A stretch of 59,971 bases of DNA, counting the filler. It is 5 parts of 5 records of this genome, joined end to end, with 100 filler letters (N's around TTAATTAATTAA, not from the genome) between each part and the next. Parts side by side here need not be neighbours in the genome. Positions count along the whole stretch, not along the records: positions 22,722 to 37,165 come from DRR723986_5876; positions 37,266 to 46,009 come from DRR723986_5877; 3 more parts are not named here. The stretch is one strand, 5' to 3'. Of the stretch, positions 30,319-40,139 are shown piece by piece (the first letter of the stretch is position 1; the number at the start of each line of letters is the position of its first letter). The notes beneath the pieces were generated by a model. The model was not told the DNA's origin. It worked only from the letters and a program-made list of their open reading frames with translations, and made no database searches. The position numbers and the translations under genes were made by a program.

Positions 30319-30509
30319 TCAAAGCTCCACTAAATCCAAACATATACTACCGTATTCAAGGGTTGCCTTTAGGTAACATTGTGCCACCAAATCAAACGGC
30401 TTGCTGTCCTACGTCATTGCACATTTTGATAATAGTCCGATATATAGGAAATCACGAACATAATGACCATGAGTTATTGAAAACAATTCGGTCAATTAAT
30501 AAATAAACG

Positions 30510-30523
30510 CTGATAATTATCAG
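30510..30523. promoter_or_regulatory. Perfect 14-bp palindrome, candidate operator
   Basis: CTGATAATTATCAG in the divergent mipZ/glucosaminidase gap, 22 nt before the GTG start. Confidence 0.3.
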
Positions 30524-30545
30524 TACTCGGGAAGAGAGCCAACAC

Positions 30546-31490
30546 GTGCGCGATCAGATTCGAAAATATTCTGGTTTTCTAATATTACTTGCGCTTCTTG
30601 CGGTTGTGCCAATTGGCATGGCTCGGCATATGCTCAGCGAATCCCGCGAAGACGCCTATTTGGCCGACCAACCGAATTATTTAGCTCACCAATACCCTCC
30701 TGCTGGAGACGCCGAGCTCACACCCAAACTTGCTCGCTTGCTGCAAAAAGAAATGCACGAGGTCGATGCTGTGCCACGCACATTTTTGGCCAAGCTGCCT
30801 GATAGTTTACCAGAACTGGAAGACGCGAAGCGCAAAAAACAACTGTTTGTTTCTGCAATGTTACCGATCATTTTACGGGCCAACGAGCTTATTATAGCGG
30901 ACAGGGGACGGTTGCTCGCCATCAAAGACCGATTAGAAAACGGTGAGGCAGAGGGCAAGCGCCAACGCATATGGCTGGAGAAGCTGGCCAAACGACACCG
31001 TGTTAAAATAGCAAAACCAGCCACCATTGCGCAAATTGACAGCTTACTGTTTAAAGTGGACATCATTCCACCGTCACTAGCGCTGGCGCAGGCAGCCATG
31101 GAATCTGGCTGGGGTACCAGCTATTTTGCGCAAGAAGGCAATGCCCTTTTTGGCGAATGGGTTTGGGGCGACGCCGAAGGCATTTTGCCGCGTGCCCGCG
31201 ATGACGGAAAAACCCATAAAATCAAAAGCTTCGAGTATTTGCTGGACAGTGTTCGCAGCTATATGACCAACCTTAACCGGCACAAAAGCTACAGAGGTTT
31301 GCGCGACCGCAGGGCAGAATTACGCACTCATAATCTAGTGGTTACGGGCACAGCTCTAGCCCCTGCCCTCGTTGATTATTCTGAGCGCGGCACAGATTAT
31401 GTTAGTGATATTATCTCGATCATTGATTTTAATGATTTGGACGGCCTTGATAGCGCCAGCTTAATGGCGTCCTCTCAAGAAAGCAGGTAG
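30546..31490 (+). CDS. Bax-like glucosaminidase-domain (GH73-type) protein
   Basis: N-terminal TM; RKKQLFV..MLP, IPPSLALAQAAMESGWGTS.FA..GN.LFG, NLNRH..Y..LR, YSERG..YV. Confidence 0.85.
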   Translation: MRDQIRKYSGFLILLALLAVVPIGMARHMLSESREDAYLADQPNYLAHQYPPAGDAELTPKLARLLQKEMHEVDAVPRTFLAKLPDSLPELEDAKRKKQLFVSAMLPIILRANELIIADRGRLLAIKDRLENGEAEGKRQRIWLEKLAKRHRVKIAKPATIAQIDSLLFKVDIIPPSLALAQAAMESGWGTSYFAQEGNALFGEWVWGDAEGILPRARDDGKTHKIKSFEYLLDSVRSYMTNLNRHKSYRGLRDRRAELRTHNLVVTGTALAPALVDYSERGTDYVSDIISIIDFNDLDGLDSASLMASSQESR

Positions 31491-31491
31491 C

Positions 31492-32352
31492 ATGGCTACA
31501 TTGCCTCGCGTTGTTCGAACCGTCAGAGAATTGCGGCATTTCGTCCAAGAAACCAGACAAGTTGGAAAAACTATTGGCCTTGTTCCAACAATGGGCGCTT
31601 TGCATCATGGGCACTTGTCACTGATTTCCCATATTTCAAAGCATGTAGATGTACCGATTGTTTCTATTTTCGTTAATCCAACCCAGTTTGGTAAGGGCGA
31701 AGACTTTGATACCTACCCACGCGAGGAACAAAGCGACCTGGAGAAACTGGCGCAGACCAATACTGCACTTGTATTTGCCCCTGATGCTAAAGAGATGTAT
31801 CCAAACGGCGATAAAACAACTGTCAGTGTTCGCGGCATTACCAGCCGTTTCGAAGGCGAAGCGCGGCCAGACCATTTTGAAGGTGTTGCAACAGTGGTGT
31901 GCAAGTTATTGCTACAATGTATGCCTGATGCGGCAATCTTCGGCGAGAAAGACTTTCAGCAACTGGCTGTAATCCGACAGTTTACCCGTGACTTGGCAAT
32001 ACCTGTTACCATTCTTGGGGCGCCCATCATACGTGAGACAGATGGCTTGGCAGCGTCCTCCCGAAACGCTTACTTAAGCGAGAAAAGCCGATCAGTTGCC
32101 GGGCAGTTGAATAAAGTGCTGCAAACACTGGTTACAACCGTGAAACAAGGGGGCAGTATTCCACAAGCGGAAAAAACTGCCATCAACGCCCTTCTAAGCG
32201 CTGGATTTGACACTGTCGATTATGTAGCCGTCGTTGACCCAACCACGTTAGAACCAGTGCCTACCTTTGACCAAAGTGCCCACGTGCTGGCAGTTGCGCG
32301 CATTAAAGGCGTTCGGTTACTGGACAATATGCCCATTGAAACGCCCCAATAA
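31492..32352 (+). CDS. panC: Pantoate--beta-alanine ligase
   Basis: VPTMGALHHGH, SIFVNPTQF, RPDHFEGV, FGEKDFQQ, SSRN, RLLDN. Confidence 0.96.
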   Translation: MATLPRVVRTVRELRHFVQETRQVGKTIGLVPTMGALHHGHLSLISHISKHVDVPIVSIFVNPTQFGKGEDFDTYPREEQSDLEKLAQTNTALVFAPDAKEMYPNGDKTTVSVRGITSRFEGEARPDHFEGVATVVCKLLLQCMPDAAIFGEKDFQQLAVIRQFTRDLAIPVTILGAPIIRETDGLAASSRNAYLSEKSRSVAGQLNKVLQTLVTTVKQGGSIPQAEKTAINALLSAGFDTVDYVAVVDPTTLEPVPTFDQSAHVLAVARIKGVRLLDNMPIETPQ

Positions 32353-32424
32353 GCTCTACTGTGTCAGTTCCAGTCAACTTATAAGGGCGTTCAACTTCGT
32401 TTTTGCCAGCTTTTCTTTGGCTAT

Positions 32425-34017
32425 TTACTCAAGTTCATATTTCGCTTTTGGCAATGGCTTACGGGGTAATTTTTCATCCCGCATTGCTGCGTGATAAAGA
32501 AAACTCGCCATAATCACCGACGCCTGCTTCAAATCTTGCTCATAGGTGTGACCAAACGTATCAATTTGGCTATGATGCAACTGTGAACCGTAGTTAAGCG
32601 GGTCCTGGATAAACTGAAACCCGGGCAAGCCAACATCGTCAAACGGTTCGTGGTCTGTGCCACCCGTTGCGTTCAATGTTACAGTTTGTGCACCTAAGTC
32701 ATGAAAAGGCTTTAGCCACGCATTGAAAATAGGCACAACCGCTGCATTGCCTTCACCATATACGCCGCGAATTTTGCCTGATCCATTGTCCAAATTAAAA
32801 TAGGCAGAAAAGCGATCAAACTCCGGCTTCAGCGTCATAGGAAACTGATTATAATATTGCTCATAAGTACCCATATATTGCAGTGATTTGCTGGGATTCT
32901 TCGGCCGATCAACTAAATGATCAAGCACATATTGCTGGGAGCCATAATACCCCTGCTCTTCGCCGCCCCAAAGACCAACACGAATAGTCCGGTTTGGCTC
33001 TACGCCAATTGCTTTCAGAATACGCACAGCTTCCATCACGACAGCAGTTCCTGCCCCGTTATCAGCAGCACCGTCCCCAACAAACCAGCTATCAAGATGC
33101 GCACCCGCCATTACAATCTCAGGTCTACGGCCTTTGCCTGGAATATCGGCAAGCGTTGAATAGCTTTTGGTGTCTTCGGTGTAGAATGTAGCATCCACAT
33201 CAATGCTCATGCGCACCTTTTCCCCAGAATCCAACAACCTCACGGCCCTTGCATAATGTTCATACGCCATGCCCACACCTGGAATTTTAGCATTCTTACC
33301 TGTTTTATACTGGTATGATGTGGCTTCAATCAGCATTGCTTTGCGCGGCGAACGACGCACCATGGCAGCAGCCCCTTCACTGGCCAAAAACTGCTCAAGC
33401 TCGTAAAAGAAGCTTTTATATTTGTTCCAACCTTCAAACGCAGCCTCGTTAGGGTCACCAGTTGGTACAGTATATTCCATGGTTTTTTGAAGACTCTTAT
33501 CGTCGCGGCGGTCGAAAACCTTATTGGCCGGTGGTTTTTGGCTGGGAACGCTATTCACAAGCACTATCTTGCCTTCAAGCTTACCTTTCCATTTTTTAAA
33601 GTCTTTCTTCGACCTCATAGGGGCATAAATTACCTCGCCTTCAACAACCCCCTGAGTGCCGGGGTGCCATGTGAGCGGCAATGCATATAACTGCGTTCTC
33701 CTCGGCGCGGTCATAAATACTTCAACACGCTCAGCTGTCCAACCTGCACCAAACTCAAAACCTTCAAGGCGCGCGTCCTCCAAGCCCCATTCCGTAAGCT
33801 TGTCACGAGTCCAGTTATTGGCCTCTAACATAGCCGGTGAACCGGTTAATCGGGGGCCAATATTGTCTGTCAAATGGCGTAACGTATCCATGACCTGAGA
33901 GCGGTTGAAACCCTCATCTCGAATTTTATTAATAGCATCCTGATCAATCGGCTCCTGCGCCCAGGCTGGCATTGCTATTGATGCCACACAAATGGCGGCT
34001 ACAATCATCTTTTTCAT
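32425..34017 (-). CDS. Secreted M28-family metallopeptidase (carboxypeptidase Q-like, PA insert)
   Basis: Signal peptide; IGPRLTGSP, AHLDSW, GAADNG, GEEQG, TDH, HHS zinc/catalytic motifs. Confidence 0.9.
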   Translation of the reverse strand: MKKMIVAAICVASIAMPAWAQEPIDQDAINKIRDEGFNRSQVMDTLRHLTDNIGPRLTGSPAMLEANNWTRDKLTEWGLEDARLEGFEFGAGWTAERVEVFMTAPRRTQLYALPLTWHPGTQGVVEGEVIYAPMRSKKDFKKWKGKLEGKIVLVNSVPSQKPPANKVFDRRDDKSLQKTMEYTVPTGDPNEAAFEGWNKYKSFFYELEQFLASEGAAAMVRRSPRKAMLIEATSYQYKTGKNAKIPGVGMAYEHYARAVRLLDSGEKVRMSIDVDATFYTEDTKSYSTLADIPGKGRRPEIVMAGAHLDSWFVGDGAADNGAGTAVVMEAVRILKAIGVEPNRTIRVGLWGGEEQGYYGSQQYVLDHLVDRPKNPSKSLQYMGTYEQYYNQFPMTLKPEFDRFSAYFNLDNGSGKIRGVYGEGNAAVVPIFNAWLKPFHDLGAQTVTLNATGGTDHEPFDDVGLPGFQFIQDPLNYGSQLHHSQIDTFGHTYEQDLKQASVIMASFLYHAAMRDEKLPRKPLPKAKYELE

Positions 34018-34081
34018 CGCTGTATCCCTCTTTATTATCGCTTAATTATCGCTTGGCTTTACCGTGCGTTTATTGCGCGAA

Positions 34082-34885
34082 TTATTCAAGTCCCTCTGTG
34101 TACCAGTCATAGTCAAGAAACTGCTTGAGCGGCTCTACGCCTGCCAGCACAAATCGTGTATCGCAAGACCAATCATCAAACCGTTTATACAATGGCCACA
34201 TGCCTTTACTCCATGGCCTGTCCAAAGCTTTATTCACTGCATGAACATAATCCGGGAACCGAACAAGATCTCCGAAACCACGGCTTTCTTCCAGCGTGAT
34301 TTTAGACAGACGCCCTAAAAAGCAAACACGCTCAACCAACCTTTCGCCAAAAGATGGCGGCAACCCGTTCATCTCCACAGTCATGCGTTTAGTAATCTGG
34401 TCTAGCGTCGACTGGCTAACTTCCAGATGTTGCCCCACATTCTCTATTGCGTCTCCTATTTCGGCATTTGCCTCCACCAGCGCACGCCTGCGAACATCAA
34501 CAGGCAGTTCGCTGAAACCGCTTGCCATCCAAAAAGCAATACGCTGGCGCAGTTGCTCAATAGAGCCACCTTTTATAAGGAAATCATCACCGCCAGCCCT
34601 CAGCCCGCCCCTAACAATATCAATGTCATTGTAACCCGTAACGAAAACAACTGGCATGGTCTTTAAGCCAGACCGTTCCAGATTTGAGACAAAATCAAAC
34701 CCCCCATCGCCCGGCATTTGAACATCGCTGATAATCATGCCCGGCCGGTATGACCGGACATAGGCAATGGCTTGTTCTACATTTTCGGCAATTACAGTCT
34801 CAAAACCAAAGTGTTTCACGGCAGCTGCATGAACTCGCAAAACTACAGGTTCGTCATCGACCAAAAGTATGGGGCCTTCGCGCAT
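34082..34885 (-). CDS. Response regulator: receiver domain plus unrecognised C-terminal domain
   Basis: ILLVDDE, SDVQMP (phospho-Asp), FVTG, GGDDFLIK; the remaining ~145 aa are not recognised. Confidence 0.85.
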   Translation of the reverse strand: MREGPILLVDDEPVVLRVHAAAVKHFGFETVIAENVEQAIAYVRSYRPGMIISDVQMPGDGGFDFVSNLERSGLKTMPVVFVTGYNDIDIVRGGLRAGGDDFLIKGGSIEQLRQRIAFWMASGFSELPVDVRRRALVEANAEIGDAIENVGQHLEVSQSTLDQITKRMTVEMNGLPPSFGERLVERVCFLGRLSKITLEESRGFGDLVRFPDYVHAVNKALDRPWSKGMWPLYKRFDDWSCDTRFVLAGVEPLKQFLDYDWYTEGLE

Positions 34886-34893
34886 AACTTGGC

Positions 34894-36348
34894 CTACAAT
34901 AGAATGCTGTAGGCCAACCCCAAAAAGGCGAAAAAGCCAACCACGTCCGTTATTGTGGTCACAAAAACGCTTGAAGCAATTGCCGGGTCAATATTCAATT
35001 TGTGCAATAGCATTGGCACCGCCATGCCCGAAAGCCCAGCAATGAAAATATTCACGATCATCGCAATGGCAAAGATTAACGCAAGGACTACGCCGCCAAA
35101 CCAAACATATGCTACCAACCCAGATATAATCGCTAAAATGACTCCATTCAGGCTTGCGGCCATTAACTCGCGCATCATCACCCGCACAGCATTTGTTGAA
35201 CTGAGCTCCTTGGTTGCAATTGCGCGCACAGCAACTGTCATGGTTTGAGTGCCAGCATTTCCACCCATGGATGCTACGATCGGCATAAGCACAGCCAGTG
35301 CAACCATCTGCTCTATCGTGGCGTCAAACAGCCCAATTATTGTTGACGCGAGAATTGCTGTACCAAGGTTCACAGTTAACCATGCAAATCGGCTACGAGT
35401 AATTTCGATAAAATTTTCATTCAGGCCTGATTCTTCACCAACACCGGCAAGTGCCAAAATATCTTCTTCCGCTTCCTCATCAATGACATCAACAACATCA
35501 TCAACAGTGATCACACCAAGAAGACGGCCATTTTCATCAACAACACCAGAGGATATCAGGTGGTATTTGGTAAACTGGTAGGCTGCTTCTTCCTGATCCA
35601 TATGCACATCGATGAGATAAGGATCAGTTTCCATAATCTCAGCGACCGTGGCCGGACGCTTTGTTCGCATCAAACGAGAAACAGGAAGTGTTCCGACCGG
35701 TCTGTGAGACGGATCGACAATAAAAATATCGTAAAAATCGTCAGGGATATCGTCGTTATCAGAACGAAGGAAATCGATGGTTTGTCCAACGGTCCAAAAC
35801 TCGGGAAGCGCAACCAGCTCGCGTTGCATCAAACGACCGGCGGAGTCTTCCGGATAACTCAGATTTTTTTCAATGGCCGCCCGGTCGTCGCTATCGAGTG
35901 CTTGTAATACCTCAGCGCGGTCAGCGTCCTCGAGTTCCTCGACGACATAAACGGCATCATCAATATCAAGCTCTGTGATGGCATCCGCAATCTGCTCGTT
36001 CGGCATATGCTCATAAAGATCGTCCTGTGCCTCGCCCTCAACCTCGGTCAAAACATCAGCATCAAGCTGGTCGCCCATCAGCTCAATAAGTTTGACACGC
36101 CGCGCAGGCGGCAACACCTCAAGCACGTCAGCCACATCTGCTGCGTGCACTTCCTCAAGCATGTTTCTTACACGGTCACTGTCGCTATCTCTCAATCCTT
36201 CCTGAAGGTCTTCGATGAAAGGAATGCTGAGATGTACATCAGTTTGGGGCACATCAACGACTGCATCGGTATTGGCTCCGCCTGGTTCAGGCAGGTTTTC
36301 GTGATCGATTTTATCTTGATCGATTTTTTCTGGGCCTGATTGTGTCAT
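34894..36348 (-). CDS. mgtE: Magnesium transporter MgtE
   Basis: H.ADVAD, YPEDSAGRLM, CBS pair, PIVASMGGNAGTQ, DPAIASSVFVTTITDVVG. Confidence 0.96.
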   Translation of the reverse strand: MTQSGPEKIDQDKIDHENLPEPGGANTDAVVDVPQTDVHLSIPFIEDLQEGLRDSDSDRVRNMLEEVHAADVADVLEVLPPARRVKLIELMGDQLDADVLTEVEGEAQDDLYEHMPNEQIADAITELDIDDAVYVVEELEDADRAEVLQALDSDDRAAIEKNLSYPEDSAGRLMQRELVALPEFWTVGQTIDFLRSDNDDIPDDFYDIFIVDPSHRPVGTLPVSRLMRTKRPATVAEIMETDPYLIDVHMDQEEAAYQFTKYHLISSGVVDENGRLLGVITVDDVVDVIDEEAEEDILALAGVGEESGLNENFIEITRSRFAWLTVNLGTAILASTIIGLFDATIEQMVALAVLMPIVASMGGNAGTQTMTVAVRAIATKELSSTNAVRVMMRELMAASLNGVILAIISGLVAYVWFGGVVLALIFAIAMIVNIFIAGLSGMAVPMLLHKLNIDPAIASSVFVTTITDVVGFFAFLGLAYSILL

Positions 36349-36535
36349 TCCCGTCCCCCATCAACACCGAAAAGCCTTCATCAAGCTTCCTTGAACACAC
36401 TTGATAAAAGAAACAGCGGGCGGTTACCAGTGCGGAGTTATATTATATATAATCACAGGATATTTTACCTGCTGGCATTCAAACACCTGCAGGTACATTA
36501 AATCATAGCATTTCATTAGGTAAGGTAGAGAGCGA

Positions 36536-36955
36536 CTATGCGTCAGGAAACAAAACCTCAGGGTTTTTCATGGTTTTAATTTCAAGAATGTTATTATTGG
36601 GGTCAGCGATAAAGAAGGTTTCTTGTTCGTACTTATCGCCCGCAAAACGGCGGTAAGGCTTATCAATATATTCCAAACCCGCGGCAGCGATACGCTCTTT
36701 CAGGCCGTCAAAATCTTCTTGGCTAAGATGAATGCCGAAGTGCGGCACAAGCACTGCGCCCATATCCACATCGTGACGCACGTTCGGAAGCTGCTCTTCA
36801 CTTTGATGAAGCGTTAACTCATTCCCCCAAAAGTTAACGTCAACCCATCTACCCTCTTCACCATTTCCCAGCGTGCACCCGAAAACATCGGTATAAAACT
36901 TTACGGTGGTTGCAAGATCGCCAGCTGGGATGGCGAGATGGACTATAGCAGACAT
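36536..36955 (-). CDS. VOC/glyoxalase family protein
   Basis: HLAIP, FY..VFGC, WVDVNFWG, VPHFG, F..DPNNNILEIK; ATG 36955 follows GGAG. Confidence 0.85.
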   Translation of the reverse strand: MSAIVHLAIPAGDLATTVKFYTDVFGCTLGNGEEGRWVDVNFWGNELTLHQSEEQLPNVRHDVDMGAVLVPHFGIHLSQEDFDGLKERIAAAGLEYIDKPYRRFAGDKYEQETFFIADPNNNILEIKTMKNPEVLFPDA

Positions 36956-37039
36956 CGGTATCTCCAATTAGTTTCGTTTGTAACTCTATAGAGAAAACAG
37001 GTATAAATCCAGATGTAAATTCGTTTCTTCAAAACAAAG

Positions 37040-37070
37040 AAAAAGAGCAACCCATTGAATGAATTGCTCT
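37040..37070 (-). terminator. Intrinsic terminator downstream of the tRNA
   Basis: AGAGCAA...TTGCTCT stem followed by a U-rich run on the minus strand. Confidence 0.6.
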
Positions 37071-37096
37071 ATTCTAAAAATTCTTAAAATGAATTT

Positions 37097-37165
37097 TGGT
37101 GCGGCCGAGAAGACTCGAACTTCCACGGGCCAAAGCCCACAGCGACCTCAACGCTGCGCGTCTAC
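37097..37165 (-). tRNA. tRNA-Leu(GAG), 5' end cut by contig edge
   Basis: Reverse complement: anticodon arm CAGCG-TTGAGGT-CGCTG, long variable arm GGGC-TTTG-GCCC, T-arm GTTCGAGT, 3' end GGCCGCACCA. Confidence 0.93.
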
Positions 37166-37265
37166 NNNNNNNNNNNNNNNNNNNNNNNNNNNNNNNNNNN
37201 NNNNNNNNNTTAATTAATTAANNNNNNNNNNNNNNNNNNNNNNNNNNNNNNNNNNNNNNNNNNNN
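37166..37265. other. Artificial contig spacer
   Basis: N44-TTAATTAATTAA-N44. Confidence 0.99.
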
Positions 37266-37904
37266 GTTGTTGTGCAGCTCTTCACCACCAATCAGAATAC
37301 CGATCGGCGAAATATTGCGGCTTGCGTCGGGGCAATCAAAATTGCGATAACCCCAGTAGTGACCAATGCCGTTGATCACACCTGCGGCCAATACAGGAAT
37401 CCACAACATTTGAATGGCCCAAATACTTACGCCTGGAAAACCAAACAGGATGAAGCTGAGCACAAGGGTAAAGCCTACGCCCTGCCATGGAAAACGCTCA
37501 TACACATTGAACTCCAGCCAATCGCTCGGTGTGCCATGGCTGTATTTGGCCAGTGTTTCCTTGTTTTTTGACTCCGCCCGGTACAACTCTGCACCGCGCC
37601 AGAATACTGTTTTCAACCCACGGGTTTGTGGGCTGTGGGGATCGTCCGGGGTTTCGCACTTGGCATGGTGTTTGCGGTGAATGGCTGCCCATGCACGAGT
37701 ACTCATGCCGGTGGTCAACCATAACCAGGCGCGGAAAAAATGCGCCAGCGCTGGGTGCACTTCCAGAGCACGGTGAGCCTGGCAACGGTGCAGGTAAACA
37801 GTCACCGCCACAATGGTGATGTGGGTCACGATCAGGGTGTAAATCACCATCTGGCCGATGCTTGCGCCGGTTATGCCCGAGGTCAAAAATTCAATCATAT
37901 TCAC
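37266..37904 (-). CDS. Delta-9-type fatty acid desaturase (DesA-like), 3' partial
   Basis: His boxes HRCQAH, HRKHH and GEELHNN running into the contig edge. Confidence 0.92.
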
Positions 37905-38030
37905 TAACTCTCAACAGGTCGTATTTCAAAGGTTACGGCCATCTCAATTTGCTTCTGAAGGAGCCGTATCATATTTTCAGTGTACAAGTGTACTTTTAAA
38001 GCCGGAACACATTTGGAATTTATATTCAGT

Positions 38031-39377
38031 TCAGGCTTTGGAACGTTGTAACACTGCTGCAAAGAAGCCATCAGATTCACCATCCTCTGGCCACAATCGA
38101 AGCATGTCGTCAGTCGTGTTCGCCTTGACAGGCCGTTCTCCGGGGTTCAACACCTCAGTCCAGCGGCGAAGCCGGAATTCCGGATGACTTTCCAGGAACG
38201 CATTGACAATGTCTTCGTTCTCGTCGCGAAGAACACTGCATGTGATGTAAACAAGCCGACCATCGGGCTTCACCAATTTGGCTGCATGCTCGATGATGGA
38301 TTTTTGCTTCGCGATCAATTCTGACAGACTCTGCACATTCTGTCTAAATTTAAGATCCGGGTTACGCCGTAAGGTTCCCATGCCGCTACAAGGCACATCG
38401 GTGACGACCCGGTCGGCCTTGCCAAAATATTTGTTCAAGCGAGGATCAGCTTCGTCATTGATCACCATGGTGTAGAAGTTACTCAAGCCTGAACGAGCCG
38501 CACGTGGCTTGAACTTCACCAGGCGTTTTTCCGAAGTGTCCAGTGCCACAATGCGGCCTGTATTCTTCATTTGAGCGCCGATGGCCAGTGTTTTGCCGCC
38601 CGCACCTGCACAAAAATCGATGACCAGATCACCCCGGCGCGGGGCCACAAGGCGGCTAACCCACTGGCTACCGGCGTCTTGCACCTCGAAATAACCTTCC
38701 TGAAACACCTCAGTTTTACCCACGATGGGCTTGCCCACGGCGCGCAACCCCTCGGGCAGGCCTTCAATCGGGTTCACTTGAATGCCCATATTGGTCAAAG
38801 CCGCCAAGAGGTCGGTGGTGCTGGCTTTCACCGTATTTACACGCAAATCCAGTGGCGCGGCCTTGAGCACCGCTTGCGAGAATGACTCGGCTCGATCAAC
38901 TCCGAATTGCTCAACCAGTTTGTTGTAAAACCATTCTGGCAAACAAGTGCGCGCCTCGACACCCAGATCATCGGCTGAAATATTGATCACACGGCTCAAC
39001 CACTCATTGTCAGCCTGCTTGCCTGCAGACCAAATTTGCTCTGGCGCGCCAGACCACAACAAAGCCAGCTTCGCCTGTCGAACCACAGATGGGCCCTCGC
39101 CCGACTGTGCCAAATGATTGATTCGGTAACGATAACGCAACCAGCAATACACAGCCTCGGCCACCATGGGGCGGTCTCGGCCGCCCAACTCGGGATGGTC
39201 TTTAAAAAAACGGGAAATCGCCGCATCTGCCGGGCCTTCAAACTGGGCCAATAGATCAATCAACTGTGCAACTGTGCTCACAAGGCCGTAACGCGACTGG
39301 GCACCTTGACGCACTTCCTTGCTATCGCGCCGTGTGCTGGGTTTGCGAAATGGGGTTTTTTTAGTAGACCCGGCCAT
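38031..39377 (-). CDS. RsmB/NOP2-family m5C RNA methyltransferase
   Basis: EVQDAGSQ, DFCAGAGGKTL, DVPCSGMGTLRRNPD, YITCS. Confidence 0.92.
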   Translation of the reverse strand: MAGSTKKTPFRKPSTRRDSKEVRQGAQSRYGLVSTVAQLIDLLAQFEGPADAAISRFFKDHPELGGRDRPMVAEAVYCWLRYRYRINHLAQSGEGPSVVRQAKLALLWSGAPEQIWSAGKQADNEWLSRVINISADDLGVEARTCLPEWFYNKLVEQFGVDRAESFSQAVLKAAPLDLRVNTVKASTTDLLAALTNMGIQVNPIEGLPEGLRAVGKPIVGKTEVFQEGYFEVQDAGSQWVSRLVAPRRGDLVIDFCAGAGGKTLAIGAQMKNTGRIVALDTSEKRLVKFKPRAARSGLSNFYTMVINDEADPRLNKYFGKADRVVTDVPCSGMGTLRRNPDLKFRQNVQSLSELIAKQKSIIEHAAKLVKPDGRLVYITCSVLRDENEDIVNAFLESHPEFRLRRWTEVLNPGERPVKANTTDDMLRLWPEDGESDGFFAAVLQRSKA

Positions 39378-39393
39378 AATTGAATATCCTGTT

Positions 39394-40035
39394 TTATTGA
39401 ATTGCGTGAACCAGCGCGTTGGCCAATGTGCCTTCCAGCTTTCCGTTCACCATTTTTATTTTCCCGCTGGCCAATGCAGCCAGCGCACGGGGGTAGATTT
39501 GATGCTCAAGCCCTAAAACCCGTGCAGCGAGGGTTTCCGCCGTGTCATTGGGTAGCACTTGCAACAAGGCTTGATCCACAATTGGTCCATGGTCCAGTTC
39601 GGGCGTCACCAGATGTACAGTGACGCCGTGCACACGAACCCCGGCATCCAGCGCCTGCTGATGGGTTTTCAAACCAGGAAAAGCCGGCAACAGCGAAGGA
39701 TGAATATTCACCAAACGGCCCAAGTACCTGTTGACAAAGCTCTCAGTGAGCACACGCATAAAACCTGCCAACACCACCCAGTCGGGCTGATACTGGTCGA
39801 TCAATCCAGCCAGCGCAGCATCAAAGGCTTCCCGACTTTCATATTCAGTGTGGTCAACAATAGCTGTATCGAGCCCCACCGACGTCGCCAAAGCCAAGCC
39901 AGCCGCGGCGGGACGGTTGGAAATGACTGCACGAATTTGGTAGGCCCCGGTCTGTTTGGCATGATCGATCAGGGCATTCAGATTTGAACCCCGCCCCGAG
40001 ATCAAAATGACGACGGAAGGTGTGGAATTTTGCAT
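39394..40035 (-). CDS. purN: Phosphoribosylglycinamide formyltransferase
   Basis: LISGRGSN, LAGFMRVL, NIHPSLLP, ELDHGPI. Confidence 0.97.
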   Translation of the reverse strand: MQNSTPSVVILISGRGSNLNALIDHAKQTGAYQIRAVISNRPAAAGLALATSVGLDTAIVDHTEYESREAFDAALAGLIDQYQPDWVVLAGFMRVLTESFVNRYLGRLVNIHPSLLPAFPGLKTHQQALDAGVRVHGVTVHLVTPELDHGPIVDQALLQVLPNDTAETLAARVLGLEHQIYPRALAALASGKIKMVNGKLEGTLANALVHAIQ

Positions 40036-40139
40036 GGCGCGAGTTTATCACTGTGCGGGCGAAAAAGCCCTATTTTTCACCATTCAGGCCTTATAATGAC
40101 CGGTTGTTTTGCAACCACTAAAGAGCCGACACACTCGGT

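Noticed and set aside
36349-36535. M-box/Mg2+ riboswitch upstream of mgtE
   Set aside because: AT-rich gap with none of the conserved M-box sequence blocks recognisable
36349-37096. Genomic island at the tRNA-Leu 3' end (AT-rich, VOC gene)
   Set aside because: No integrase, and no duplicated tRNA 3' end (att site) found in the contig
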